From Epithemia pelagica (taxonomy: Eukaryota; Protista; Bacillariophyta), in the NCBI GenBank assembly GCA_946965045.2, contig OX337231.1:1984001-2048000 (forward strand): 64,000 nucleotides of DNA, written 5' to 3'. A program made the position numbers and the translations under genes. The notes beneath the pieces are model-generated. The model saw only the letters and a program-made list of their open reading frames with translations. It was not told where the DNA came from and did no database searches. This document shows positions 31,201 through 41,398 of this stretch, piece after piece. Each line of letters opens with the position of its first letter. Within the stretch, counting starts at the first letter, position 1.

Positions 31201-33904
31201 CCATACATCATCACCCACCCATTCCGGTCGCACTCCTCTTGAGGCTCTCTCCGGACGCCCACCCGACATTACTCATCTCTTGTTCTTTCCTTTCTGGGAT
31301 GAGGTTTACTACCGTGTCGACCCCGCTGAACCCAATTCCGGTTCATATCCATCTTCTTCTGATGAGAAACTTGGCCACTGGGTTGGTTTTGCTCACAACG
31401 TTGGTGATTCTTTTACTTGGAAGATTCTCACCCAGGATAACCAGATAATCTACCGTTCTGCCGTTCGCCGTGTTGAATCCACTACACCTAACCTACGTGT
31501 GGATCGACCTTCAGGGGAGGATTCATCTGAGAAGGATGACAATGATAAGCAAGCTGACACTGTCTTCATTCGCAGTGATAGTGAAGATCCATTCAAACCA
31601 ATGCCCACGATCGATTTTGACGACATGATAGGACGCACATTCCTATGCGACACAGAAGAAAATGGGGAGCGACACCGTGCACGTGTCATCAAACGAGTCA
31701 TTGATCTTAATGAAGAAGCAACGAAACAGGAAGAACGTGTCAAGTACATCTACCGAAAGACAAATTCTGATGTTGATGAGATGATATCCTATAATCAACT
31801 CATGGAGTGTATCGAACGAGATAACCAAGCTCAAACCTCTGGAGATAATCTTTTCAGGTTCAGGGACGTCATTGCCCATCAAGGCCCACTGAACACAACT
31901 GATCCAGATTACAAGGGGAGCAAATATAATTTGCTTGTTGATTGGGAAACTGGGGAGACTACCTATGAACCTTTATCACTCATCGCCAATGATGATCCGA
32001 TCACTGTAGCAATTTATGGAAAGAAACATGGTTTACTCAACGAACCTGGATGGAAGCATTTGAAACGTTATGTCAAAACAAGCAAACGTCTCATTCGAGC
32101 AGCCAAACAGTCAAGGATTAAACAAGTTCACCATTCCGTCAAGTATAAGTTTGGATTCCAAGTACCACGCAATTATGAGGAAGCTGTCGCTCTTGATAAA
32201 CAACATGGCAACACAAAGTGGCAGGATGCAACAGAATTAGAATTGTCACAGATCCAGTCCTACAAGACATTCAAGGATTTTGGGAAAGCCATCTTCATTA
32301 AAGGGAAAGTATCCAATGCACCTGAAGGATATCATAATATACGTGTACATCTTGTCTTTGACGTAAAACATGATGGACGACATAAAGCAAGACTTGTCGC
32401 AGATGGACATCTCACAAAAGAACCTGTTGAGACAATCTATTCAGGTGTTGTTTCCATTCGCAACCTCCGCATTGCCTTATTCCTGGGTACTTTGAATGAC
32501 TTGGAAATATGGGGAGCAGATATTGGAAACGCATACCTGGAAGCCTTGACAGGGGAGAAAATTTTCATTGTCGCAGGACCTGAATTCAAGGAATTAGAAG
32601 GTCACATCCTGATTATATACAAGGCACTTTATGGATTGAAGTCATCAGGCGCACGCTGGCATGATGTCTTATTCGATGTTTTGACAGACATGGGATTTTC
32701 ACCAAGCAAAGCAGATCCGGATATCTGGATGAGGAAAGCACCTGGAGAAGACTGTTACGAATACATTGTCGTATACGTTGATGACTTAGCCATTATTTCT
32801 ACCGATCCTGGGAATATCTGTAAGATCCTGAAGGAGAAATACAACTTCAAACTCAAAGGAGATGGACCTATTGATTTCCACTTGGGATGTTGTTACACCA
32901 AGGATTCTGATGGAACATTAGTAGCAGATCCAAGACGCTACATTGGTAAGATGATGGACACTTTCGAACGAATCGTTAAGGAGAAACCCAAGAAAGCCAA
33001 AACACCTCTTATTGGTGGAGACCATCCTGAATTGGATGATTCTGAGCTCCTTGGTGAAGAAGGTACTAGCCATTTCCAAACTCTGATTGGACAACTCCAA
33101 TGGGTGATCACTATTGGTCGTTTTGACGTCTTCACCGCTACAATGACGTTATCACGCTTTCGTGCTGCTCCGAGGAAAGGACATCTTGATAGAGCCAAGC
33201 GTATCTATGGATACCTTGCACATCTCCCAGAAGGCGCAATCAGATTTAGGATTGGAGAGCCTGATTATTCAAGTCTTCCTACCCAAGAATTTGATTGGAC
33301 TCGCACTGTCTATTCGAATGCAAGTGAACGTATTCCTGAAGACTGCCCAACACCTCTTGGCCGCTATGTTACCACAACTCATTATGTTGATGCCAATCTC
33401 ATGCATGACATAGTCACTGGTAAATCCGTCACTGCTGTTCTACATTTGTTGAACGGAACACCTATTGACTGGTACAGCAAGAGACAGAGCACGGTGGAAA
33501 CTGCTACCTATGGATCCGAGTTTGTGGCTGCAAGGACAGCAATAGATCAGATTACAGAATTACGACATTCTCTCCGCTACCTTGGAGTACCTATCCGAGA
33601 GCAAAGTTACATGTACGGAGATAACAGATCTGTTGTGCTCAATGCAACCGTTCCTCATTCCATACTATCCAAGAGACACCATCTTCTGTCATACCACCGA
33701 GTTCGTGAAGCCATCGCAGCAAAGTATGTTGCATTCTACTGGAAAGATGGAAAGACCAACCCTGCCGATATCCTTAGCAAACATTGGGATTTCGTATCTA
33801 TTTGGCCCATGCTCAAGCCATTGTTGTTTTGGAAAGGAGAAGTTCAAGACCTCAACAAATCCAATGATGACAAGGCTGAAACGACGAGTTGTGGGGAGTG
33901 TTAG
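28217..33904 (+). CDS. Copia gag-pol polyprotein (gag, protease, integrase, chromo-like domain, RT, RNase H)
   Basis: IDRGANGG, SDTPAVD..SDGG..SEPYHQHQNKAE, ADIGNAYL, LYGLKSSG, YVDD, YVDAN..EFVAA..ADILSK. 1895 aa, uninterrupted. Confidence 0.96.
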   Translation: MDPQSPKTPTTPKGEDNQDNVSNTDLFDHIIFTVCQFFTKERADYLTKWMKYHGFENITHVISYMQTNTEESMNELTQYKVNKQTHDLQGPTRQQIKLLAYWAIYKTSEIQDELSNSDWMNLTRKEFNTWRINTDFSKGPPSQVPVSPMKSPSSVKSVSTVTAASQSQQDLTAFRKGTKRDATAYEVFKDERYYDSFWRVFKTTAKAQGLSNVLNFKYTPPHDDEYAEELFQEQQVFLYSVLVRIIQTDQGRAYVREHEHDEDARAVLQKLHSLHSESDLAKREVLRLTNYISNLRLDDTWRGTTRQFLLHFQEQLRLLDNLVTLSDRIPDHTRMTFLMQAVEKVPDLRRVKILDNVVNTKSGAKSLCYQSYFRLLLDAAYDHDQATQSSVHSRRRHVKQHESLYGQDTDADITSQDDMEYHVHNTKATSESPSSSSKVSLPRDLWFKLSEEDCKLIIEYNKMIQAPSSTTPRKVQTHALDIDPEPDPDPNQVASDDDSPGVVPEHPDDSDPVTQFINQAMTTDINHPATDLTSVLSNAKSKTSKKVTFKANMHKQAGHVPRYLFSRKSTLPGNQLIDRGANGGLAGSDMRILSKTGRHITIVGIDNHELTGLPVVTCAAKFETNDGPIVGIFNEYAYYGKGLSIHAPGQFEHFGLAVDERSVKVDGKQRITTLDGRAIPLHIKDGLAYIHSLGIPSDDDMNTLPQIIFTSPDTWDPGVLDHSYSLTSSDNDPDWKHVKTDGSMSNHPYDNYGEYTDRVVCNLNLLLDLPYDHGPDDAPFFSIYADAEGNDPTLHASVHRRYQEAHDWKKFRPFFGWQSEDVIADTFKHTTRNGSITFDHDTLKKHFKARNPVLNIPQRHEPVATDSVFSDTPAVDHGGKVAQIFVGRDTLVTDIYGIKSTKQFVNTLQDNIRFRGAMETLISDGGSSLISQKVKDILRTLLIGEYRSEPYHQHQNKAENRYQTVKRMTNALMNATGCPANTWLLCLEYVCDLLNHTSSPTHSGRTPLEALSGRPPDITHLLFFPFWDEVYYRVDPAEPNSGSYPSSSDEKLGHWVGFAHNVGDSFTWKILTQDNQIIYRSAVRRVESTTPNLRVDRPSGEDSSEKDDNDKQADTVFIRSDSEDPFKPMPTIDFDDMIGRTFLCDTEENGERHRARVIKRVIDLNEEATKQEERVKYIYRKTNSDVDEMISYNQLMECIERDNQAQTSGDNLFRFRDVIAHQGPLNTTDPDYKGSKYNLLVDWETGETTYEPLSLIANDDPITVAIYGKKHGLLNEPGWKHLKRYVKTSKRLIRAAKQSRIKQVHHSVKYKFGFQVPRNYEEAVALDKQHGNTKWQDATELELSQIQSYKTFKDFGKAIFIKGKVSNAPEGYHNIRVHLVFDVKHDGRHKARLVADGHLTKEPVETIYSGVVSIRNLRIALFLGTLNDLEIWGADIGNAYLEALTGEKIFIVAGPEFKELEGHILIIYKALYGLKSSGARWHDVLFDVLTDMGFSPSKADPDIWMRKAPGEDCYEYIVVYVDDLAIISTDPGNICKILKEKYNFKLKGDGPIDFHLGCCYTKDSDGTLVADPRRYIGKMMDTFERIVKEKPKKAKTPLIGGDHPELDDSELLGEEGTSHFQTLIGQLQWVITIGRFDVFTATMTLSRFRAAPRKGHLDRAKRIYGYLAHLPEGAIRFRIGEPDYSSLPTQEFDWTRTVYSNASERIPEDCPTPLGRYVTTTHYVDANLMHDIVTGKSVTAVLHLLNGTPIDWYSKRQSTVETATYGSEFVAARTAIDQITELRHSLRYLGVPIREQSYMYGDNRSVVLNATVPHSILSKRHHLLSYHRVREAIAAKYVAFYWKDGKTNPADILSKHWDFVSIWPMLKPLLFWKGEVQDLNKSNDDKAETTSCGEC

Positions 33905-34681
33905 AATTCTCACCGTCTATGGTGGTTAGATTCTACATCTCATCGATTCCCCATGTCACATAGCCTCGTGCTATCGCATCATGCCATCTAGCTTCGAGCT
34001 ATGTTCCCTAGCTTCGCGCTATATCGACCTATATTTCTTCGCAAATCATGAAAAGTGAGAATAGATTGACAAACTCACTCTCAAGACTAAACTGGGTCGT
34101 GCGGTATTACAACGGACGTAAATTTGGCCGTTGCTCGGACATTATACTAACGCCCTAAGCGTACGCGCCCGAAATCATCGAGCGCGCCCAAGCGACATCC
34201 GAGCGCTGTCGGCATCTATCCGACCCAACGGTCTAAGTATCCCAGGCACGACACACGATCACGCGAGACCATATTTCCATTCCCACAATCTCCAAATTGT
34301 CAACAAGCTGCGCGCCATGAAAACAACTATGCCAACCCAAAGCAAGAGCTGTTGACCCTGTATATGTTATCCGTCCACATATACATGTCATATACATCAC
34401 ATGAATCGACTCCAACTATTCCAAACCTGTTGCCGCCAAGAACCTATGACACATGACCCTTGGCAGGACCGAACATTTCACGTAGACCTATCGTAGTAAT
34501 CAACACACAATCTAACAATATCACCATTTATCACATCTTCTTTTGTGTCCCAACTATCCTTCTGATAGACTTCGACTTGCTTGCTTCTCTGACCCTGAGA
34601 AGCTTGTATCGGTTGGTGACCTACCTGATTGTCTGCTCTTCCGAGCATCAATGCCTCTGCAATTCCAAGAGAATTGTAACA
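33899..34681 (+). repeat. Copia 3' LTR
   Basis: Direct repeat of 26385-27167, preceded by purine tract ggggag. Confidence 0.95.
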
Positions 34682-34686
34682 GTTCC

Positions 34687-37127
34687 CTCGTATCGAGGAT
34701 ATGCTCCGCAAACGGAAAGGCTACAAGTATTTTACGAAACTTGACATTTCTATGTGTTTCTATACGTTCAAGCTCGATGAAGAGTCAAGCAATCTTTGCG
34801 TCATTACCACGCCTTTTGGCAAATTTTGTTACCGTCGTTTGCCGATGGGTGTTAAACAGTCTCCTGACTTCTGTCAAGAGATCATGGAAGAAGTCCTCAA
34901 GGACTTTAGCGACCATGTCGAAGTCTATATCGACGACATTGGCATCTTCTCCAATTCTTGGGAAGAACATGTGGACATCCTGTCCAAAGTTCTCCAACGT
35001 CTTCAAGACAAGAACTTCTCCATCAACCCTTCCAAATGTGAATGGGCCGTTAAAGAAACGGAATGGCTCGGCCATTGGCTTACGTCCACTGGGATCAAAC
35101 CCTGGAAAAAGAAGATCTCAGCCATCCTGGCATTGGCTCCGCCAAAAACCATGAAAGAACTTTGTTCCTTCATTGGCATGATCAATTTCTATCGCCACAT
35201 GTATCCGCAACGATCTCATATTCTTGCTCCCCTCACATCCATTACGGGTAACAAGACCCTCGTTTGGTCCCCGCAATGTCAACGTGCTTTCGAACAAACC
35301 AAGTCCATGCTCGCACATGATGCCTTCCTTCGGTATCCCGACCATAACCTTCCCTTCCATGTCTATGTGGACGCCTCTGATTACCAGCTTGGTGCTGTAA
35401 TCATGCAACAAGACGTTCCCGTCGCTTATTACTCTCGCAAGTTAAACCCTGCTCAACGCAACTACACTACTATGGAAAAGGAGTTACTCTCCATTGTCGA
35501 AACCCTTAAGGAGTTCCGCTCCATGCTTCTCGGCTGCGCCGAACTGCACGTCCATACGGACCATAAAAATCTTACCTACGCTACTCTCAACTCGCAACGG
35601 GTCCTCCGTTGGCGGTTGTTCCTCGAGGAGTATAACCCTATCTTTCATTATGTCCCTGGCCAGGACAATGTCATCGCCGACGCCTTGTCGCGTCTCCCTC
35701 TCTCTGAAGAGGAGGAGAAGAGTGTCTCTCCGTCGTCAACCTCCTCTACGGATGCCTCGCCGCATCCACGATCGCTCTATGATCATAGCGGACAACACTC
35801 AGTGTTGCAAGTGCCTCATGGCCCTAATGATGACCCCCGCTCTCATCACTCGCGTGATCCCGACGCTTTTGAATCTCCCATCTTCATGGATGAAGATTTG
35901 ATCGATGTCTACCTCAATCATCCTCCCATCAACGCAAATCAACCATTGCCCGTCGATTACGCGACGATCCATCAACACCAACAGAACGATGCCGCTCTTG
36001 TGGCCAAGTTGACCGAACAACCACAGAGATTCCATCTCCAACCCTTCCCTACGGAAAACCCACAATACAACTTGATTTGTTATCGTCAGAATCCTAATGC
36101 CGCATGGCGTATTCGTATCCCAAACAGCCTCTTGGCCCATACCGTCAATTGGTATCACCTGTCCCTCAATCACTTGGGGTCTACACGTCTTCGTGAGACG
36201 ATCTCTATGCACATGAGTCATCCTAATTTGGGTTTGTATTGTGAACAAGCCGTGGCTAGTTGTGCTACATGCCAACGCTCTAAAGTCATACATCGCCATT
36301 ACGGTGAACTCCCTCCTCGCGAGGTCCGAGGCAATCCATGGGCTGACATCTCTGTCGACCTCATTGGACCGTGGAACGTTACCGTTCATGGGCAGAAATT
36401 AACATTTCAAGCCTTGACTATTATCGATAATGTCACTAACTTCTGCGAACTCATTCGCATCCATGACAAGACGGCACGTCACGTGGGTCTTCAATTGGAA
36501 AACGCGTGGCTCTCGCGCTATCCACGTCCCGTTCGTTGCCTTTTTGATCAAGGCGGTGAATTTATCGGACATACGTTCACGCAAGTGCTTCGAAACCATG
36601 GCATTAAGCCAGTGCCGTTGACGGCCAAGAATCCTCAATCAAATGCTCTTTGCGAGCGATTACATTTGACTGTTGGCAACACTCTTCGTGTGATCACCAA
36701 CTATGAACCACCACAAGATGCGCACAATGCTGCACTTGCCGTGGATACTGCTCTGCAGACCGCTGCGTATTCCACTCGCACTGCCATTCACGGCGCCTTG
36801 AAATATTCTCCCGGCAGCCTTGCGTTCCATCGCGACATGCTGTTTGACATTCCTATTATTGCGGACATGGAAACAGTCCGTCTGAAACGACAACAGATTG
36901 TCGATGAACGCGCTCGTCTCGCAAATCGTTCTCGTGTCTTTCATGACTACGCTGTCAATGATCGTGTGCTCCTTCGCGCCACGAATCCGGACAAGCTTGA
37001 GCTCCGCACAAGCCCCAATCCCTTTCGGATTACACAAGTCCATTCCAATGGCACTGTGACTATCCAACGTGGTCCCCACGTCACTGAACGAATCAACATT
37101 CGTCGCCTTGTTCCATTTCGTGAATAA
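34687..37127 (+). pseudogene. Gypsy RT-RNase H-integrase, continuation of the split pol
   Basis: Removing the Copia and one TSD restores YPFPRIEDMLRK in frame. KLDISMCFY, YIDDI, DASDYQLG, HHCC, DLIGP, DQGGEF, ERLH. Confidence 0.92.
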
Positions 37128-37207
37128 ATGGGTTTTAATGCTGGTCTCCAAGCTTTCCCATTCTTGTCCCGCTCGAACTCCCTAGGTCCGACCAGGGAGA
37201 GGTAGAG

Positions 37208-37367
37208 TGCGGTACCCCTATATGGATCCCGCCATACGTGTCGCCACGCTCCATTCCCGGTTCGCGTTCTTGACACTGCGACATGAATCTTCCGCCATCT
37301 CCTCCAGTCATTTCTCGTCGCACGTGGCACTGTGGATTCCTCATTCCCCCTAATTCCTCGTAATTCC
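37208..37367 (+). repeat. Gypsy 3' LTR, truncated
   Basis: Matches the 5' LTR up to ..aattcc, then TTAA and the piggyBac end. Confidence 0.9.
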
Positions 37368-37596
37368 TTAACCCTTTCAGCCCGGCATACCCCATTTTCT
37401 GACAAATATGTCAGTCATTTTCATTTTAAGATGACCGTACCACTCACTTAACATAAATCTTGCGTATCTCTATGGGTATATCAAACCACGTCATTCCACG
37501 TTAGTATAATCTATAGGGACAAACAACCCAAGACTCGTCCCCTTTTTGTTCGTTTGCATTCATCCACCTCGTCCTCATCCCTTGCCTCTGGACACC

Positions 37597-38382
37597 ATGG
37601 AGTCCCCTACAGAGCGGCAACCGTCCAAGCGCTTTAAACACAACACACCACAATCTGAAGCAAAATGTTTGTTCATAGAAGATGAAGACGAACAAGTTTT
37701 CAAGAAGGAATGCAAGGCGGCCTCTTCTCCGTTGTTCCTTAGCCCTCTGGGCAACAAATTGGTTATTGCTGCAGAAGCGAAAGGAGAACCAATTGATTTG
37801 CTCGAAATCAACAAGAAAGTTATTGAACACGACGTTCAAGAAATGATTGATGAAGACAACAAGGTGCTCGATCTGGATTCCAGCAAGACTACCACTCAAG
37901 AAAGCGATGCCAAACCGACTGCTGCAGGCCAGACTATTACCGCACAGAAGAAGAAAAAAGACAAAAAAACAGAGAAGAAAGGTGATGTGAAGACCGAGAT
38001 CGAAGCAACTCCATTTATTCCGCACAATGCAGACGAGATCTGTGACGAATGTGGACTCAGTCCCTGCGAAGCAGAAACATACAAGGTTCTCCTACAGAAG
38101 GCAGGGGATGAAATGTCAAAGAAAAACAACCACCATAACAGGGCTACTCGCCACCACTTGTACAAGCTATACACCGCTACCAAGTATGGCAAACTCGGGC
38201 GATCACATCGCGTTCGGATTCCAGAATGCGTGGAAGAATCTATTCATGATATGTTCCCCGATCCAAACAACGAGTATACTGGATTTCGACATTCTATTGG
38301 AGAATTGCAAGGCGACGACTACGACCGCTTGATGGTAGATGAACAACCAGCCAACTACTCTGATTCTTCAGACGACGAATAA
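37597..38382 (+). CDS. piggyBac passenger protein with Cys motif and P2X7-ballast/KolX-like domain (copy 1)
   Basis: CDECGLSPC..RHHLYKLY..YGKLG..RVRIPECV..I..MFPDP..YTGF. ATG at 37597. Confidence 0.7.
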   Translation: MESPTERQPSKRFKHNTPQSEAKCLFIEDEDEQVFKKECKAASSPLFLSPLGNKLVIAAEAKGEPIDLLEINKKVIEHDVQEMIDEDNKVLDLDSSKTTTQESDAKPTAAGQTITAQKKKKDKKTEKKGDVKTEIEATPFIPHNADEICDECGLSPCEAETYKVLLQKAGDEMSKKNNHHNRATRHHLYKLYTATKYGKLGRSHRVRIPECVEESIHDMFPDPNNEYTGFRHSIGELQGDDYDRLMVDEQPANYSDSSDDE

Positions 38383-38538
38383 GGTAAACATATTTACTAT
38401 AGAATGACTTCTCATCTTCTTTTTAGATGTAAAAACTCGTACGACATGGATTTTTTTGTAGAACTTGCTGCAATACATGAATGTAGTGCTCATTGGTGCT
38501 GATGTAGTGCTCGTGGATGCTTTTGCAGCTTTGGTCAT

Positions 38539-40896
38539 CTATCCGAATTTTCGGACTTGGTTTTCCTTGGCACAAATTCCCTTCTGGGCTTTCTCCTTCT
38601 GTTTCTCGGTTGGAGTGTCATATCCTTCCACATTCCAGTCCAAGACGTGGGGGTTTTCCGAATGGTACTCGTCCAAGCGATCATGAATCTTCTTACATTC
38701 ATCATTGTAGTTCTTTATATTGTAATAGTTGTGATACAGGCTGAAACACTCCGGATGGAAACATTTCTGGCACTGCACACAACCATAAACTGTCAACGGG
38801 TTGGCCGTTGCAGTATCGCCCATGATCCGGCAAAGGTGACAGACGCCACGATGTTTGGATCCCTTCTTACTGTTCTTGTCAGGATTGACCGTGAAAATGT
38901 GATGATGCAATGCAGACTCGTACTTGATGAGGTTTTTGGTTGGGATTGCTGTCTCATCATCGTCCTCTTCAACAGATCCCAAACTTGATCCACCTGCCCT
39001 TGACCGGACAGCGGAAGCCGGCACAGAGCCACTACTCGGTGGCGTTCCCTTCTTACGACCTGATTTCGGTGTTCTTTTGCCCTGTTGGTATAGTTCTGCA
39101 TAGGGAGAGCAAAGAGCGCAGGCAAGTTGGCGCTTGAACTCGCAAAGTTTCATTACATTTGACTGTTTCCCATCGTTATCCTCCTCGACTTCAATGAGCT
39201 TCATTTGGTGCAGCTTGAGATATACTTGAAAGGCATTCAGGATACAGAGATCCTGAAGGAAGTGCCATACTTGGAGCGATAACTGATATTCTTTTCTACG
39301 ACATGCATTGGTGGCTCTCATTTGATCTGCACGATCTACACCGTTCATGAACAGGTTGTAGGCCACAACCGGTGCTGGTGCTTTGAATGCATGTCGGATG
39401 TGCATTGAATGACCAATCCATCGCCAAAGGGTTGCCAACCCATGCACCTTCTCCACAGCTTCCTCATCATTGTCATACAGCAACGTTTTGGACGGAGTTC
39501 CAAAAAGATCGTTGGTGTAGAAGACAACTGGTTTTTTGTCTAAGTAGACAATATATCCACAACAGTCTGCCGCTATGGCATATTCCTTCTCGATCTCCAC
39601 TATATCTGACACCTCAAAGCCAACTTTCATGCGTGGCAATGTCTTGGAGTACTCTTTTTGTTTTTCCTTTTGCTTTTGCTTTTCCTTTTCAGGATGCACA
39701 ACGGCGTTGAATGCCTTCACTAACACCCAGGAACCACGAGGCTTTCCATCCAGATACTTCATTGCCTTCGTCACATTCGTTTTGTTGATCTTGTCCACCA
39801 GATTTAGGCGTACAGTGCCTGTAATCTTGATGTTCCCATCGGTAAACTCATCAATCGCTCGTCCCAAAGAGTGCCTTGTGTAAAAATTGTCCATGTACAC
39901 AATGGTAGGTGGGATCTTCTCTCTGGGACGAGTGGACTTGGCAGAGACGAGTGCACGATACAATAAGCCAAGCATGAGAACCCACAACATACTTGCAGAA
40001 TCAACTGCCACAGGACAAGCATTTCTGATACGAGATTTTGTTGCTTGACAAAGTTGGTTGAAGGAACAAGTCAGTTCGCCAAACAACTTCAAAAACTGTT
40101 CTGCAGGCGTTTGATTGACTGTGTTGCCGGAACCATTGTCCCAAAGGCCAAAGGTGTAGGTATAAGTCCATCCCACCACAGCGTAATATCGAATGGCAAA
40201 CTTGTCGGGCTTCGAAGGGATGTATGTCGAAGCCCTGGTCCTGGCTTTGGTCGGGCAACTTGCTTCGTCGAGAGCAATAGGACCAATGGGTTGAGCAACT
40301 GAAGCAAAGTTGCGAAGAATATGGCTCTTTGCAGCTCTCATTGACCACAGAGGGTCGTCAGGATTCTTTGCCATCGACTGAGAGTATATGCGAAGAGAAC
40401 CACGAATGGCTACAAAGGTATCTCTCGACATGGTAGAAGAGAAAGCAGAAGAGCCCAAGAACATCTTTTGACTCCACAACTCCTTCATTTGTGTAGAGTT
40501 ACAGAGCGACATTGCAATGTCCAATCCCAACACACACCGAAGAGCTTTTGTGGTGAGTACAATTTTGGCTCTCTGTCCACTCTGCTTCTCTTCCAAGGCC
40601 TGTTTCGTTGCTTTGAACATGAAGCGATCAATGAACCGAGGAGGGATAAAGAGGAGGAATAGTCCTAATGGACCAGACTCCAAGAAGGCTTGTTGGCATG
40701 CCTTTGGATCATGTAGGTGAAGATCTGAGGAGGCGATTTGGTTGTCGATGTATTGGTTCTCGCTTCGGTTCTTGGAAATATCCCCCAACTTGACCTTGCC
40801 ATCACGGTGCAGACTTGTAATTACGTCATCGTCCTCTTCATTAGCATCGTCATTGTCATAGTTGAGCAGGACAGCGGCGTCAGAGGTACTTTCCAT
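38539..40896 (-). CDS. piggyBac transposase (DDE_Tnp_1_7-like) with C-terminal Cys-rich domain (copy 1)
   Basis: IALDEA, KPDKFAIR, YMDNFYT, YNLFMNGVDRADQ, CHLC..CVQCQKCFHPECFSLYH. Confidence 0.93.
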   Translation of the reverse strand: MESTSDAAVLLNYDNDDANEEDDDVITSLHRDGKVKLGDISKNRSENQYIDNQIASSDLHLHDPKACQQAFLESGPLGLFLLFIPPRFIDRFMFKATKQALEEKQSGQRAKIVLTTKALRCVLGLDIAMSLCNSTQMKELWSQKMFLGSSAFSSTMSRDTFVAIRGSLRIYSQSMAKNPDDPLWSMRAAKSHILRNFASVAQPIGPIALDEASCPTKARTRASTYIPSKPDKFAIRYYAVVGWTYTYTFGLWDNGSGNTVNQTPAEQFLKLFGELTCSFNQLCQATKSRIRNACPVAVDSASMLWVLMLGLLYRALVSAKSTRPREKIPPTIVYMDNFYTRHSLGRAIDEFTDGNIKITGTVRLNLVDKINKTNVTKAMKYLDGKPRGSWVLVKAFNAVVHPEKEKQKQKEKQKEYSKTLPRMKVGFEVSDIVEIEKEYAIAADCCGYIVYLDKKPVVFYTNDLFGTPSKTLLYDNDEEAVEKVHGLATLWRWIGHSMHIRHAFKAPAPVVAYNLFMNGVDRADQMRATNACRRKEYQLSLQVWHFLQDLCILNAFQVYLKLHQMKLIEVEEDNDGKQSNVMKLCEFKRQLACALCSPYAELYQQGKRTPKSGRKKGTPPSSGSVPASAVRSRAGGSSLGSVEEDDDETAIPTKNLIKYESALHHHIFTVNPDKNSKKGSKHRGVCHLCRIMGDTATANPLTVYGCVQCQKCFHPECFSLYHNYYNIKNYNDECKKIHDRLDEYHSENPHVLDWNVEGYDTPTEKQKEKAQKGICAKENQVRKFG

Positions 40897-41398
40897 GGTT
40901 GAAAGAGACGATGGAGGTGCCTGGGTACAAAAATGAGTGGTGTGAAATTTCAGAAAAAACAGCAAAACTCAACAAGTAACTGGCAGATCATGATGGTCCG
41001 ACCACCCATCGATAGAACACACTAAGACGCATCTATGGTAACAAACAGTACTCCGATAACAGAGAAGTCATTGACATATGATCGTTGCAAAATCTCAATT
41101 TTGGCAATTGATGATATTGTCATCATTTTTTGAATCACGAGTTGTTGGTCATAACTCACGTGGTGTTTTGTTAAATGGATTGCAATTTTGTTAACTATTT
41201 TTGATGACAAATTTGTCAGTGACCGGTACCCCCAAGCAGGGGTGAGTCCAGTCCCGCGTGTCTGAAAGCACGATGTGCTTTCTCCTTCTCACCCCCTTGG
41301 CTCGACCTGGCCGCTCTCGACATTGATACAAATTTCATTCTACCTCCACACATCCATCACGGTGGTGGAGGTGCAGTGGTATCCAAACGACCTACAAC

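Larger units (their letters stand above)
26385..34681 (+). mobile_element. Ty1/Copia (CoDi-like) LTR retrotransposon, full length, recent
   Basis: 783-bp TG..CA LTRs (26385-27167, 33899-34681). 5-bp TSD GTTCC (26380-26384, 34682-34686). Intact gag-PR-IN-RT-RH ORF. Confidence 0.97.
23397..37367 (+). mobile_element. Ty3/Gypsy LTR retrotransposon, interrupted by a Copia; 3' LTR truncated by a piggyBac
   Basis: Direct repeats from TGCGGTACCCC at 23397 and 37208. PPT agggagaggtagag before the 3' LTR. Domain order gag-PR-RT-RH-IN. Confidence 0.93.
37372..41226. mobile_element. piggyBac-family transposon copy 1 (two genes); right end lost
   Basis: TTAA + CCCTTTCAGCCCGGCA left end. piggyBac transposase. 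Colinear with 59138-62991. Confidence 0.92.

Noticed and set aside
37372-41226. Kolobok identity for the TTAA elements, suggested by the KolX-like gene
   Set aside because: The transposase motifs (DEA, DNFYT, GVDRAD, Cys-rich tail) and CCC terminus are piggyBac-type.
41227-41228. TA read as a 2-bp TSD of a CCCCC-ended (EnSpm or Tc1-like) element
   Set aside because: The uninterrupted piggyBac copy reads gaccgg|gccaaa with no TA at this point, so TA is part of the TIR.
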